Assembly: GCA_965237675.1 (NCBI GenBank)
Contig: OZ250150.1
Span: forward strand, 32,001 to 96,000
Origin: Candidatus Latescibacterota bacterium
Lineage (GTDB): Bacteria > Latescibacterota > UBA2968 > GCA-2709665
Length of the DNA: 64,000 bases
Reading direction: 5' to 3'
The position numbers and the translations under genes are program-made. The notes under the pieces were generated by a model. That model did not search any database and was not told the origin of the DNA. It worked only from the letters and a program-made list of their open reading frames with translations. Shown piece by piece: positions 39,486 to 49,571 of the stretch (the first letter of the stretch is position 1; every line of letters starts with the position of its first letter).

Positions 39486-40181
39486 TCATGCTCCCGCTCC
39501 AAAATCCCCGGCGAATTGAATAAAGTCCTCGAAATTGACCGCTCCATCACCGTTCAGGTCGAAAATCGGATTGAAATCGGCATCGCCCTGGCTCCTGCCG
39601 AATGCCGCCGCGAAGTTTGAGAAGTCCGCCAAGTCGACCTTCCCGTCTTCGTTGAAGTCCGACCGGTGGCGCGGCTCAGTGCCAGCGCCCCCGGGTGACT
39701 GCACAGGAACGCTGCTGAAAAGCCCCGGATTGCTGAGCGACAACCGCCGGCCCGGCGCAGGATCGCCAGGAAGCCAGTTGCCCGCCGGATCGCCAAGTTC
39801 GTTTCCGTTCGTGAATCCGTCCCGGTCCGAGTCTAGCTTCGCCAGGCTTGGCCCCCACATTACGTTTCCGGAATATCCGGCCTCGGACAGAAACCTCTTC
39901 TTTATCGTAACGCCGAAGGCATTAAGCGGACCGCCCCCGCCCGTGTAGGTGTGACAGCTGGCACAGATGGCGTCCCCTTCGTTAGCGGCTTCATGCGTCG
40001 TCTCGGAAAGCGGAATATCGAGCCGGGTCGTTGTTCTGCCCCGGTCGACGTGGCAGGTGCGGCATTGCGCGGCGCTGGCGTTGGGAACCTGAAAGACCCG
40101 TTTCGGCCGCGCCTCGCCCTCCCTGCCCCAACCAGCCGCGAAAACGATGAGAAAAATAAACGATCCGGCCCGTGTGTTCAT
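39486..40181 (-). CDS. Exported di-CxxCH protein with temptin-like motif and dockerin-like EF-hand pair
   Basis: CRTCH, CASCH, GGGPLNAFG...LDSDRDGFTNGNELGDP, DFNEDGKVD and DLNGDGAVNFEDF. Confidence 0.7.
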   Translation of the reverse strand: MNTRAGSFIFLIVFAAGWGREGEARPKRVFQVPNASAAQCRTCHVDRGRTTTRLDIPLSETTHEAANEGDAICASCHTYTGGGGPLNAFGVTIKKRFLSEAGYSGNVMWGPSLAKLDSDRDGFTNGNELGDPAGNWLPGDPAPGRRLSLSNPGLFSSVPVQSPGGAGTEPRHRSDFNEDGKVDLADFSNFAAAFGRSQGDADFNPIFDLNGDGAVNFEDFIQFAGDFGAGA

Positions 40182-40919
40182 TTATCGCATGAAATACTTG
40201 ATTCCGACCATGAGGTTGAAACTGAAAATCGGAAACGTCTTCTTCAGGTCCCAGTCCTCGTAGGGCCTGAGTTCGCCCATCGATACGTTCCACCGGATCC
40301 GAAAATCCACCAGGAATCGATCGGACGTGCGGCGGTAGAAGCCCAACCCGGTGTTGATCGACAGCGCCACGTCTTCGTCAACCGTGGTCTCCTCCATGTT
40401 CTGTGAATCCGTCCGGATCTGCTCACCCACCTGTCCGGGCCAGATCAGGCCCGACACCTCGTGGGTATACTTGAGAAAGCCGATACCGGCCGCGATGTAG
40501 GGAACACTGCGGCCGACCTCGTCCGGCTGGAACGTCCGGAGACCGTTGACCACGATGCCTCCGATCCACATACTGGCCTCGGCGCCCGGGCTCTTTACCG
40601 AGGAACCGTTTGCCGCGCCCAGGCCGTTGTGCCAGGTGAACGATCGGCCGGACAATCCGGCGTCAGCAAGAGGCGAGTACGTCACTTCGACTTCCGTCAT
40701 CGTTCTGTCGGATACCTTATACGTCAACTGCCCGACGAACGCCGGCGAGATATTGTACCAGCCCTTGAGCGGCCCCGCCGGGCGCAGCATCGACCCGTGG
40801 ACGCCGAGCGCATAGCGCAACTCCTGCGCATGCGAGACGGACGTCGGGCCGAGTCCGAACAGAATAAACACGCCCAGGACCGATCCAAGCGCCAATCTGA
40901 GAATGCCGGTTGCTCTCAT
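40182..40919 (-). CDS. Outer-membrane beta-barrel protein (OmpA/OmpW-like)
   Basis: Signal peptide (SHA-Q), PYIAAGIGF, NTGLGF, terminal VGIKYF; GGAGG RBS before ATG 40919. Confidence 0.75.
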   Translation of the reverse strand: MRATGILRLALGSVLGVFILFGLGPTSVSHAQELRYALGVHGSMLRPAGPLKGWYNISPAFVGQLTYKVSDRTMTEVEVTYSPLADAGLSGRSFTWHNGLGAANGSSVKSPGAEASMWIGGIVVNGLRTFQPDEVGRSVPYIAAGIGFLKYTHEVSGLIWPGQVGEQIRTDSQNMEETTVDEDVALSINTGLGFYRRTSDRFLVDFRIRWNVSMGELRPYEDWDLKKTFPIFSFNLMVGIKYFMR

Positions 40920-41052
40920 AACAGCGGACCTCCTTTTCCGACTGCGGCCATGTGATGACCCGTCTGATGCGTCGTCACGACAGATCCTGTAACCGATAAA
41001 CCCCTTCAGGATTCCTTGCGGAACATCCCGAAAGTATTCTATTATTTCAGTG

Positions 41053-41081
41053 AATATAAGATCAGTTAAAGCAAGAAGCAA
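41053..41081 (-). promoter_or_regulatory. Putative sigma70 promoter of the outer-membrane operon
   Basis: TTGCTT-17 nt-TATATT on the minus strand in an AT-rich divergent gap. Confidence 0.5.
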
Positions 41082-41235
41082 ACAAAAAATCGACCGATCA
41101 TGGAGTTTATCGTCGTGGGCTGACAGACCTCGAAGGTTGGCTGTTTTTTTGTTGCGTCGTTTCGGAGTCCGGAAGTATCTTTCGCGAGGATCCAGACAGG
41201 CCCGATGTCATGAATCGCAGGAAAGGACGGATCTG

Positions 41236-42963
41236 ATGGAATGGCACGGCGGCCGCATCCGGAGGACGCCTTTTTTCGCGGCGGTTTTCTGCGCCGCCAC
41301 ACTGTGCTTCGACCTTACCCGTGCGGCAACACCAATACCGTCCGCCGCGCGGGAGGCGCTCGATGCCGGCCTGGCCCATGCCGGCGCGGGCCGGCTGCAT
41401 GAGGCTTTGAAGGAAATGGCTCGGGCCGCGGAACTGGCGCCGGAATCGTCGCAGGTGTGGCACAACTTCGGCATCCTTACCGCGCAGATGGGCCGGCTCG
41501 ACGACGCGGCCCGGATGCTGGAACGCGCCGCACGTCTGGAACCGGAATACCGGCACACCCACGTCGTGCTGGGGGCCGTCTACCAGCGGAACGGACAACT
41601 GGCCTATGCGGAACGGGCGTATCGGCGTGCCGTGGATCTGGCCCCCGGCCTGCCCGACGCGCACCGGGCGCTCGGCCTTCTCGCGGTGGCCCGAAACGAC
41701 CTCGCAGCGGCGGCGGCGGCGTTCAAGCGGGCGGTCGACCTGGCGCCCGGCAGCGCTGAGCTCCGTTACCGCCTCGGCGCTGTTGAACTGAAGAGGGGCG
41801 ACGTGAAGGCTGGCGTCGCCGCCTTGAAACGGGCGGTATCGCTGGACCCCGGCCTTCTGCCGGCCTGGCTGGAACTGGCCGCCTGCTACAAACGCGAGCG
41901 CTATCTGGACCTGGCGCTGGAGGCATACGCCCGCGCCGCGGCCGTGGACCCCGGTTCCACGACCGCCTGGCAGGGACTGGGAGACGTGGAAGCCGCTCGG
42001 GGCAACTCATCGCGGGCCGCCGACGCGTTCCGGAGGGCCGAGCGGGCTGACGCTTCGAACGTGGACGCGCCCTTTCTGCTGGGCCGGGCGCTGCTCCTTC
42101 TCGGACGGGCGAAGGAGGCCGTCCCCGCGTTCGGCCGGGCAATCCGGCTGGCGCCGGACTTCGCCGACGCGCGTTCCGCTCTTGCGGAGGCCTACACCGC
42201 CCTGGGGGAAGATCGGAAGGCCGCAGACGCCTACCGGGAGGCCGTTCGATATTCGCCGGCGCACGCAGGCGCCCATTTCGGACTTGGCGAGGTCCTGCTC
42301 AGGCTGGGCGACCTGCCCGATGCCGAGACAGCATTCCGCCGGGCAATCGCGCTCGATGCGGATCACGCCAGGGCCCGCTACGGCCTGGGGCGGACCTGCC
42401 TGCTTCAGGGACGGACGGATGAAGGACGACAGGAATTGAAACAATTCGAGCGGTTGTCCAGAGAAGGGCACAAGCTGGATGTTCTGGAGCGGGCGGTACT
42501 GCGCCACCCCGAAAACCCCAAACTTCACGATCGCCTCGGGCGGGTCTACGCTGCGCGGGGGCGCGCCAGAGAAGCCGCGGCCGCGTTTGGCAGAGCCGTC
42601 GGGAGGGACAGCACGTTCACAGGCGCGTACGTGCGGCTGGCCATGGCGGCCGCGGAAATCGGCGACCTGGCAACCGCCGAGCGGGCGCTGAAGCTGGCGG
42701 TGCGGCTCTCGCCGTCGCCACGGCGCTTTCTGGCGCTCGGCGCGGTCCACGAACGCCAGCGGCGTTGGCTGGAGGCCGCAGCCGCGTTCGAGCAGGCGAC
42801 ACGGAGGGACCCAGGCCTGGTGGCGGCACACCGGTCGCTGGCCGCGCTGTATGAACGCGCCGGACGGATCGATGCGGCCCGGCATGCCCTGAAGCGCGTT
42901 CTGGCGCTCGACCCGGCAGACGAAGAAGCCCGTGGGGCCCTCAACCGCCTCGGCGAGAAATGA
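41236..42963 (+). CDS. Tetratricopeptide repeat protein
   Basis: Many consecutive 34-aa TPR units; signal-like N-terminus; AAAGGA upstream of ATG 41236. Confidence 0.88.
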   Translation: MEWHGGRIRRTPFFAAVFCAATLCFDLTRAATPIPSAAREALDAGLAHAGAGRLHEALKEMARAAELAPESSQVWHNFGILTAQMGRLDDAARMLERAARLEPEYRHTHVVLGAVYQRNGQLAYAERAYRRAVDLAPGLPDAHRALGLLAVARNDLAAAAAAFKRAVDLAPGSAELRYRLGAVELKRGDVKAGVAALKRAVSLDPGLLPAWLELAACYKRERYLDLALEAYARAAAVDPGSTTAWQGLGDVEAARGNSSRAADAFRRAERADASNVDAPFLLGRALLLLGRAKEAVPAFGRAIRLAPDFADARSALAEAYTALGEDRKAADAYREAVRYSPAHAGAHFGLGEVLLRLGDLPDAETAFRRAIALDADHARARYGLGRTCLLQGRTDEGRQELKQFERLSREGHKLDVLERAVLRHPENPKLHDRLGRVYAARGRAREAAAAFGRAVGRDSTFTGAYVRLAMAAAEIGDLATAERALKLAVRLSPSPRRFLALGAVHERQRRWLEAAAAFEQATRRDPGLVAAHRSLAALYERAGRIDAARHALKRVLALDPADEEARGALNRLGEK

Positions 42964-43011
42964 TCGACGGGGCGGACCGCGACCTGCGTCTGACCTCGAC
43001 GACCGATCGTG

Positions 43012-44295
43012 TCAATCGTCCTTCGGCGCCGGTGTCAACCGCCCGTAATACACCTCGTTGCTGTTCTGCTGGGACGCCCCGGTCCAATAACAGTCCACAA
43101 AGGGCGACCGGGTGCCTCCGGCGCGCGTCATGTTCGTAAAGAAGTGCCACAGCCGCGACGGCATCTCGAGCCGTACGGGTTCGCTGACCCGGTCCCATCG
43201 ACCGGCCTCTCCCGCTGCGTACCAGACCCCCTCCGCGTCGCCTCTGCCCCCCCGCGTCAGGAAATAGTGAAAACGGCCGTCCGGACCCTGGTAGACCCGG
43301 CCACCGTTGTAGTTGCCCATGCAATAGTGTCTGAAAGGTCCGCCCGGACCCCCGACTGCGTGATAGAGCAGGCTGTTTCCCGCGTCCTGGCCCCTCCCCG
43401 CCCAGACCGTTGTGGACGGCTCACGGTTTTCATAGTACGTCAGGTGCACCCGCCCCCGCATGTCCATCATCAGACCCTGATGGTCGGTTGTCCCCCTCGC
43501 GCGCCCGTCGAACGTATCGGACACGTCGCTGATCACCGTCATTCGCCAGTCTTCCGGGGTTCCGAACACATCCGGACAGTAGTAATAGTAGGCCTTCAGA
43601 ACGGGGTAGATGCCGCGGGGGGTCTCTACGGACCTGATAGCGCCGGTCTCCCGGTCCTTCAGCTTCACCGTCTGATTGGGAAACTGTTCGCCTTTCAGGA
43701 AATAATCGTCGCTGGAAATCGCGTGCGCCTCGGAGCCGTTGAGGATTACGAAATTGTATCCTCGGTTCCTCTCGTGCTGTACGCTTCCGGTGGTCATCGG
43801 ACGATAGGCGTTATCCGGATCCAGCACGTACCAGGTCATGGTTGCCAGCCCGCCAGCGACAAGGATCCGATCGGCGGCGTCGATCGACGCGCCGAAGCGG
43901 CTGTCGGCCGAGGCGTATTCCTGAATTGTGAACCTTTCAACTTGGCCGGGCGGGTCGAATGTGGCGTGGTAACTGCCGCTTTCGCCCGCAATCACGTGCA
44001 GCCTCCCGGCGCTGTCCACAAGCAGGTTGCCATTCTGCGGCACCGGAGGCAACGGGTCGCTGGCTTCCCACCTCCCGGCGCCCGTACGTCGGAACACCAC
44101 CAGTGTCATATCATCCCGCCAACTGAGCGCGTAGACCTCCTCCCCGGCGCGGACGATATTGGATTGGTTATACCCCCAGCAACTCGCGCCGCTGCCGCCA
44201 GTTTGCTGGCACCCTGCCGTATCCGTTATCATCTCGACCTCGAAACCCACTCTCGCGGGCGGCCCGTACGTCACCTGGACCCGTTCCGGTTTCAT
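43012..44295 (-). CDS. Hypothetical beta-propeller (BNR/sialidase-like) protein
   Basis: DSAGRLHV, DMRGRVHL, GPDGRFHY blade repeats; coupled to the amidohydrolase gene. Confidence 0.55.
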   Translation of the reverse strand: MKPERVQVTYGPPARVGFEVEMITDTAGCQQTGGSGASCWGYNQSNIVRAGEEVYALSWRDDMTLVVFRRTGAGRWEASDPLPPVPQNGNLLVDSAGRLHVIAGESGSYHATFDPPGQVERFTIQEYASADSRFGASIDAADRILVAGGLATMTWYVLDPDNAYRPMTTGSVQHERNRGYNFVILNGSEAHAISSDDYFLKGEQFPNQTVKLKDRETGAIRSVETPRGIYPVLKAYYYYCPDVFGTPEDWRMTVISDVSDTFDGRARGTTDHQGLMMDMRGRVHLTYYENREPSTTVWAGRGQDAGNSLLYHAVGGPGGPFRHYCMGNYNGGRVYQGPDGRFHYFLTRGGRGDAEGVWYAAGEAGRWDRVSEPVRLEMPSRLWHFFTNMTRAGGTRSPFVDCYWTGASQQNSNEVYYGRLTPAPKDD

Positions 44296-45863
44296 CCGAT
44301 TCCTCCTTTCGTCGAATTCCCGGCCCTGCGGTAGATCCGCGACGGATTCTCCCAGAGAATCTTGCGCTTGAGTTCGTCGCTGATATCCGCATAGAGCACC
44401 CGGCCGAGCTGGTACGGAAAATCCATAATGGGGAAGTCCGATCCGTACAATATCCGGTCCGGGGGCATCCGCTCAACCAGCCGCGCGAAACCGCCCCGAA
44501 GAACGGTTGAGCCGGTGGTGTCGTAGTAAAGATTGGAAAACTCCCCGGCGATTTCCAGATAGGGTTCGTGGGCTTCCGGCGGGCTCGCGGCAAAATGGGC
44601 TGCTATATAAGTCAGGTGCGGCATTTCCGCCAGCAACCCCCGGAGCATGTCGGGGGGCAGCACGCCGTGGGTCAGGATCGGCAGGCGCCGCTCGTTTGCA
44701 ACCTCGAACGCGGGGCGGTATTTCGGCGAATCGGGAGGCGTATTGTGAAGCTGGCAGTGGAACTTGATGCCCACGACGCCGGGCTCGTCGAAAAGACGGT
44801 CGAAGGACCCGATGTTGTTCGCGTATTTGCCGGGTGCATAGCCGGCGTACGCGAAGAGACGGCCGGGGTATTCCGCGGTCGCCTCGATCGCCCGGGCATT
44901 CCCCGAGTCCGGGTCGTTTTCGATTGCGCGGATATCGCTGATGACAAAGCGTTCCACGCCCACCTCATCCATACGCCGGACCGTGTCCCCCGCATTGTAA
45001 ACCGGGTAGGGAATCTTGTACCACGGTCCCAGGTGTCCGTGGATGTCCCACACCCGCATCCCGTCCGCCGCGACCGGCCATTCGCGGTCCGTCGCTTCCC
45101 GGGGGGCCTCGAGGCGCAGCAGCCGCCGCGCGTTGTTCCCCGCGATCGCCGCGCGCTGCCCGCCCGTCAGCCTGCTTCCCGCGACCGTCGCAATCGGCCC
45201 GCCCGCGTCGTACGCCGGCATGCCGCTTCCGAACAAGATCCGCCCGCTTCCAAATCGTTCACAGATTTCCTCGAGGCAGTTTGCGCTCTGGATATAAGAG
45301 GTCTCGAGGTAGAGATTCGGAAACTCATCCCAGAGATGATACATCACTCTGGGGGCGTCTCCACCCTCCCTAAGCAGGATCACGGGCAGGCGGGGGTACG
45401 CCTCGCACAGATCGAATATTTCGTCCCAGGGAGACATGTCGGACCAGTGGCGCCTTTCCAGATCCAGAATCAGAGGAATCGCGGCCTCCGCCAGCGCCGC
45501 CAGTAAGGGGCCCAGGATACGGCGGCTCACCGGAAAGAGATGCTGCCCTGGCAGCAGCCGGGCGGCGCGGACGCCGTGCTCCCGCATCTGGCGGACGATT
45601 TCATCCGGAGCGGGCAACTCGGGGGTACCCGGCGGCAGCAGCAGCCAGCAGGGATGCAGCCGGTCGCGGTGGCCGCCGAGTTGCTCGAACAGCCGCCAGT
45701 TTCCCTCCCGTGGATGACCGTACCGGGCATGGCTGGAGTATACGAGCGCCTCGGCGATCTGCAGCCGATCCAATTCCCGAAGCAGATCGTCGGCATTCCG
45801 GAATTGGGGTTCGGCGGCGTCGGACGCGGGCCCGAGCATCACATTGATGTCCAGCAGGTCCAT
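44292..45863 (-). CDS. Tandem two-domain amidohydrolase (Amidohydro_2 x2)
   Basis: Two RILFGS/RILYGSDFP modules; the second has DIHGH, GIKFH, ILTH, AAHF. Confidence 0.85.
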   Translation of the reverse strand: MDLLDINVMLGPASDAAEPQFRNADDLLRELDRLQIAEALVYSSHARYGHPREGNWRLFEQLGGHRDRLHPCWLLLPPGTPELPAPDEIVRQMREHGVRAARLLPGQHLFPVSRRILGPLLAALAEAAIPLILDLERRHWSDMSPWDEIFDLCEAYPRLPVILLREGGDAPRVMYHLWDEFPNLYLETSYIQSANCLEEICERFGSGRILFGSGMPAYDAGGPIATVAGSRLTGGQRAAIAGNNARRLLRLEAPREATDREWPVAADGMRVWDIHGHLGPWYKIPYPVYNAGDTVRRMDEVGVERFVISDIRAIENDPDSGNARAIEATAEYPGRLFAYAGYAPGKYANNIGSFDRLFDEPGVVGIKFHCQLHNTPPDSPKYRPAFEVANERRLPILTHGVLPPDMLRGLLAEMPHLTYIAAHFAASPPEAHEPYLEIAGEFSNLYYDTTGSTVLRGGFARLVERMPPDRILYGSDFPIMDFPYQLGRVLYADISDELKRKILWENPSRIYRRAGNSTKGGIG

Positions 45864-45914
45864 TTTCCTCTCCGATCGGTTACTGCAATGCTGATGGCGC
45901 GCCGCGGCAGAAGG

Positions 45915-46868
<954 letters not shown>

Positions 46869-46920
46869 ACCTGCCTCGGTAGATACGTCCTGGTTGAACG
46901 TTGGAAACTGCGAAAAGGAG

Positions 46921-46949
46921 TTGAAACCCGAAAAGGCGCGACGTATATT
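46921..46949 (+). promoter_or_regulatory. Putative sigma70 promoter
   Basis: TTGAAA (46921-26), 17-nt spacer, TATATT (46944-49). Confidence 0.6.
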
Positions 46950-46955
46950 AGATTT

Positions 46956-47201
46956 CCGCTCTTACAAAGCGACCCCCTTCGTGTGCCGCGGGGTGCGCGG
47001 GCATTCGGTCCTCAAAATGACGCGCGCACGCGCATGGGCAGGGTCGCAGGCCCAGGAGGTCTTGTCCTCCATCGACCGGAACATCGCGCCGAAAAGTAGC
47101 GCCGGACCTCCGCAAGTGCAAGCGCAATCACGGCGCAGGTCCAAAGGGACTCGCGACAGGCGCCGACCCCGCGGGAGAAGATTCGGGGGGACCCGCACCA
47201 A
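46956..47201 (+). ncRNA. Candidate structured leader or sRNA (unassigned)
   Basis: Follows the promoter; several complementary pairs: 46986-94/47166-74, 46969-75/47041-47, 47055-59/47066-70, 47104-09/47137-42. Confidence 0.3.
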
Positions 47202-47226
47202 TCACTGATACGGAAAGGACGATCCC

Positions 47227-49554
47227 ATGGCCGTAGAAATCACGCTGGCAAATGAAATCCGGGTTCCACGGAGCGGGGAGTGGCTGTGCAGAGGCATACC
47301 GTTTCCACAGGGGATCCTGGCGGATCCGGGGAACCTGATCCTGAAGGACCAGACGGGCCGGGTGCTGCCGCTGGGGACCGAACCGATGGCCCGTTGGCCC
47401 GATGGGACGGTGAAATGGGCGCTGCTGCAGTTCCCGGTAGACTTCGACCGTAACGGAAGGAAGGCCTATTCGCTGAACTGGATGGACGAAAAGCCGGAGC
47501 CTGTACCAGGTCCCCGGATCGCGCTGACGAAGACCGCGGCCGGATTGGAGGTGGACAACGGCGTCCTGCGCTTTGTCCTGCCCGGCTCGGGACAAGCGTT
47601 CCTGGCCGGGTGCGGCAGGGGAAGCGTGGAGGGCATCCGGTCGGTCACCGCCCAGATCGAGGACGAACAGGGCGTCACATTCGTCAGCCACCTCGAGGGA
47701 GAACCCCGAGTCGAACGATTCACCGAAAAAATGCTGGTGGTGAGCAGGCGCGGGGTCCATCGGGACGCGGCCGGCCGCAAGCTGTTTTCACTTGTCTTTC
47801 GGGTCACAGTATTCGCCGGTGCGGATGACCTGGAGGTGGAGTACCAATTTATCCACGATGAGCCCTATCGGGAGGTCCCGGAACGGCTGAAACGAGCCCA
47901 CGGCATTGGCACGCCCAGCGTGGACCTGGAAAGTCCCAGGCTGCAACAACTGCGGGCCGTTCGTTTGATTGTTGCACACGCCATAAACGGGGCTGACGAG
48001 TATGCGACCTGTCCCTTCGCCACGGTGGGGAACCGGGGTCTGATCACTTCGGTGCAACCGATTCGGGGCCTGCTGACCGAAGCCCCCCGGACGGCCCTGT
48101 ACGACGCCATGATCGACGCCGAGGTAGACGACGGCGAGACACAGGTTGGCCGGTCGCACGGATGGATTTCAGCGGGGAACGGCAGAGGCGGGGTCGCCGC
48201 ATCGGTCCGGAAGTTCGTCCAGCAGTGGCCCAAGGGCTTTTCCGCGGACGCCGGCAGTATCGTCCTGGACCTCTGGCCCGAGGCGGCGGGGCCGCTGGCG
48301 ATTTTCCAGGGACAGGCCAAGTCGCATCAGGTCAAGCTGAGGGCGTACGCCAGCAGCGCGGCCGAGGCGCGGCTTCCGGACTGGCATTTTGCGTATCAAT
48401 TTCCCGTAGTTTTCTCTTCTCCGGACTGGTTTATCGATTCCGGCGCGTTAGGGCCCGTGTTCCGCTATCAGCCCGGAAAATACATGGGTATCGAGCAGAA
48501 GTTCCGCCTGGAGTTCGAGCAGTTTCTGGGATACGACAGGCGACTGGGCATGATGGACTACGGGGACTACGAGCAACTGATGAGCGCATCCTGGGGTCGT
48601 GTGGATTTTATGGCCAACTGCGAGCACGATTTCGGCCAGACCGTGTACCTCCAGTTCGTGCGCACCGGAAGTTACCTCTATCTCGACGCTTTCGAAGCCG
48701 CCGTCCGCCATGTCATGGACCTGGACATTATCCACTTCGACGATCACTTCGACGAACTGGGCGGATGGACCGCCCACGGCGCCTACCACGTTGGGGCGGA
48801 CGGGAAGCCCAATTGCCACCTCTCGCACATGTGGGCCGAGGGCTTTCTCTCGTACTACTATTATTCCGGATATACGCCGGCGCTGGAATCCGCGCGCGGC
48901 GTGGCGGATCTGATCTGCAGAAAAGTGGCGGCGGGCGACGGGCGGCGGGGCGCGCGGGACCGGGGGTGGCCATTAATCGCGCTGTGCAGCGTCTATCGGG
49001 CCACCGGGGAAAGGCGGTACGCAGAGGCCGCGGAGAGGATTGCGGCTTCTTTTTCAGAGGGACCGGATCCGCTGGAACCCAACGGCGGCTGCAGCGGCGG
49101 ATGGGGCCCGATCCCGTACCAGCAGGCGGTTATGGGCAGCATTGCCGCGACCGGGCTGGCGTATCATTTTCAGACCTTCGGGAATTCCCTCAGCAGGGAC
49201 TCGTTCCTGAAATTGTGCGACTTTCTGGCAAGCGAAGACGTCCGCACGCCGGAAGGGCTCTACCTGTCCATGCCCGGCAACGAAACGCCGATGAGTTACA
49301 TTGGTTTCTCCGCACTCCGGGAGAGCATCGGCTTTGCGTGGGAAATCACCGGCGACGAAAAGTACGTTCACGCCGGCCTGCGGGATATCGAAATGAACAT
49401 GATCTCCAACTTCCCATCCGTAGGCCATTTCGACAAGACGAGATTCGGCTACGAGGTCATCCGGGCCACCGGCGATTCCATCAGCGTCATCTGGCGGGAC
49501 CTGCTTCGATTTTTCGATTACGCGGACCGGGCGGGGCTGCTGCGGGACTTCTGA
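47227..49554 (+). CDS. PcRGLX/YetA-like (exo-rhamnogalacturonan lyase-like) protein
   Basis: GIPFPQG...ARWPDGTVKW N-domain, GMMDYGD, ANCEHD, HVMDLD, SHMWAEG, RDRGW; GAAAGGA RBS. Confidence 0.7.
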   Translation: MAVEITLANEIRVPRSGEWLCRGIPFPQGILADPGNLILKDQTGRVLPLGTEPMARWPDGTVKWALLQFPVDFDRNGRKAYSLNWMDEKPEPVPGPRIALTKTAAGLEVDNGVLRFVLPGSGQAFLAGCGRGSVEGIRSVTAQIEDEQGVTFVSHLEGEPRVERFTEKMLVVSRRGVHRDAAGRKLFSLVFRVTVFAGADDLEVEYQFIHDEPYREVPERLKRAHGIGTPSVDLESPRLQQLRAVRLIVAHAINGADEYATCPFATVGNRGLITSVQPIRGLLTEAPRTALYDAMIDAEVDDGETQVGRSHGWISAGNGRGGVAASVRKFVQQWPKGFSADAGSIVLDLWPEAAGPLAIFQGQAKSHQVKLRAYASSAAEARLPDWHFAYQFPVVFSSPDWFIDSGALGPVFRYQPGKYMGIEQKFRLEFEQFLGYDRRLGMMDYGDYEQLMSASWGRVDFMANCEHDFGQTVYLQFVRTGSYLYLDAFEAAVRHVMDLDIIHFDDHFDELGGWTAHGAYHVGADGKPNCHLSHMWAEGFLSYYYYSGYTPALESARGVADLICRKVAAGDGRRGARDRGWPLIALCSVYRATGERRYAEAAERIAASFSEGPDPLEPNGGCSGGWGPIPYQQAVMGSIAATGLAYHFQTFGNSLSRDSFLKLCDFLASEDVRTPEGLYLSMPGNETPMSYIGFSALRESIGFAWEITGDEKYVHAGLRDIEMNMISNFPSVGHFDKTRFGYEVIRATGDSISVIWRDLLRFFDYADRAGLLRDF

Positions 49555-49571
49555 CTTCACGGGACCCGTCC

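Noticed and set aside
46956-47201. Glycine riboswitch, SRP RNA, 6S RNA or tmRNA
   Set aside because: Only fragmentary resemblance (cgccgaa, caggtcc, terminal cacca); the conserved cores are not present. Kept as an unassigned candidate.
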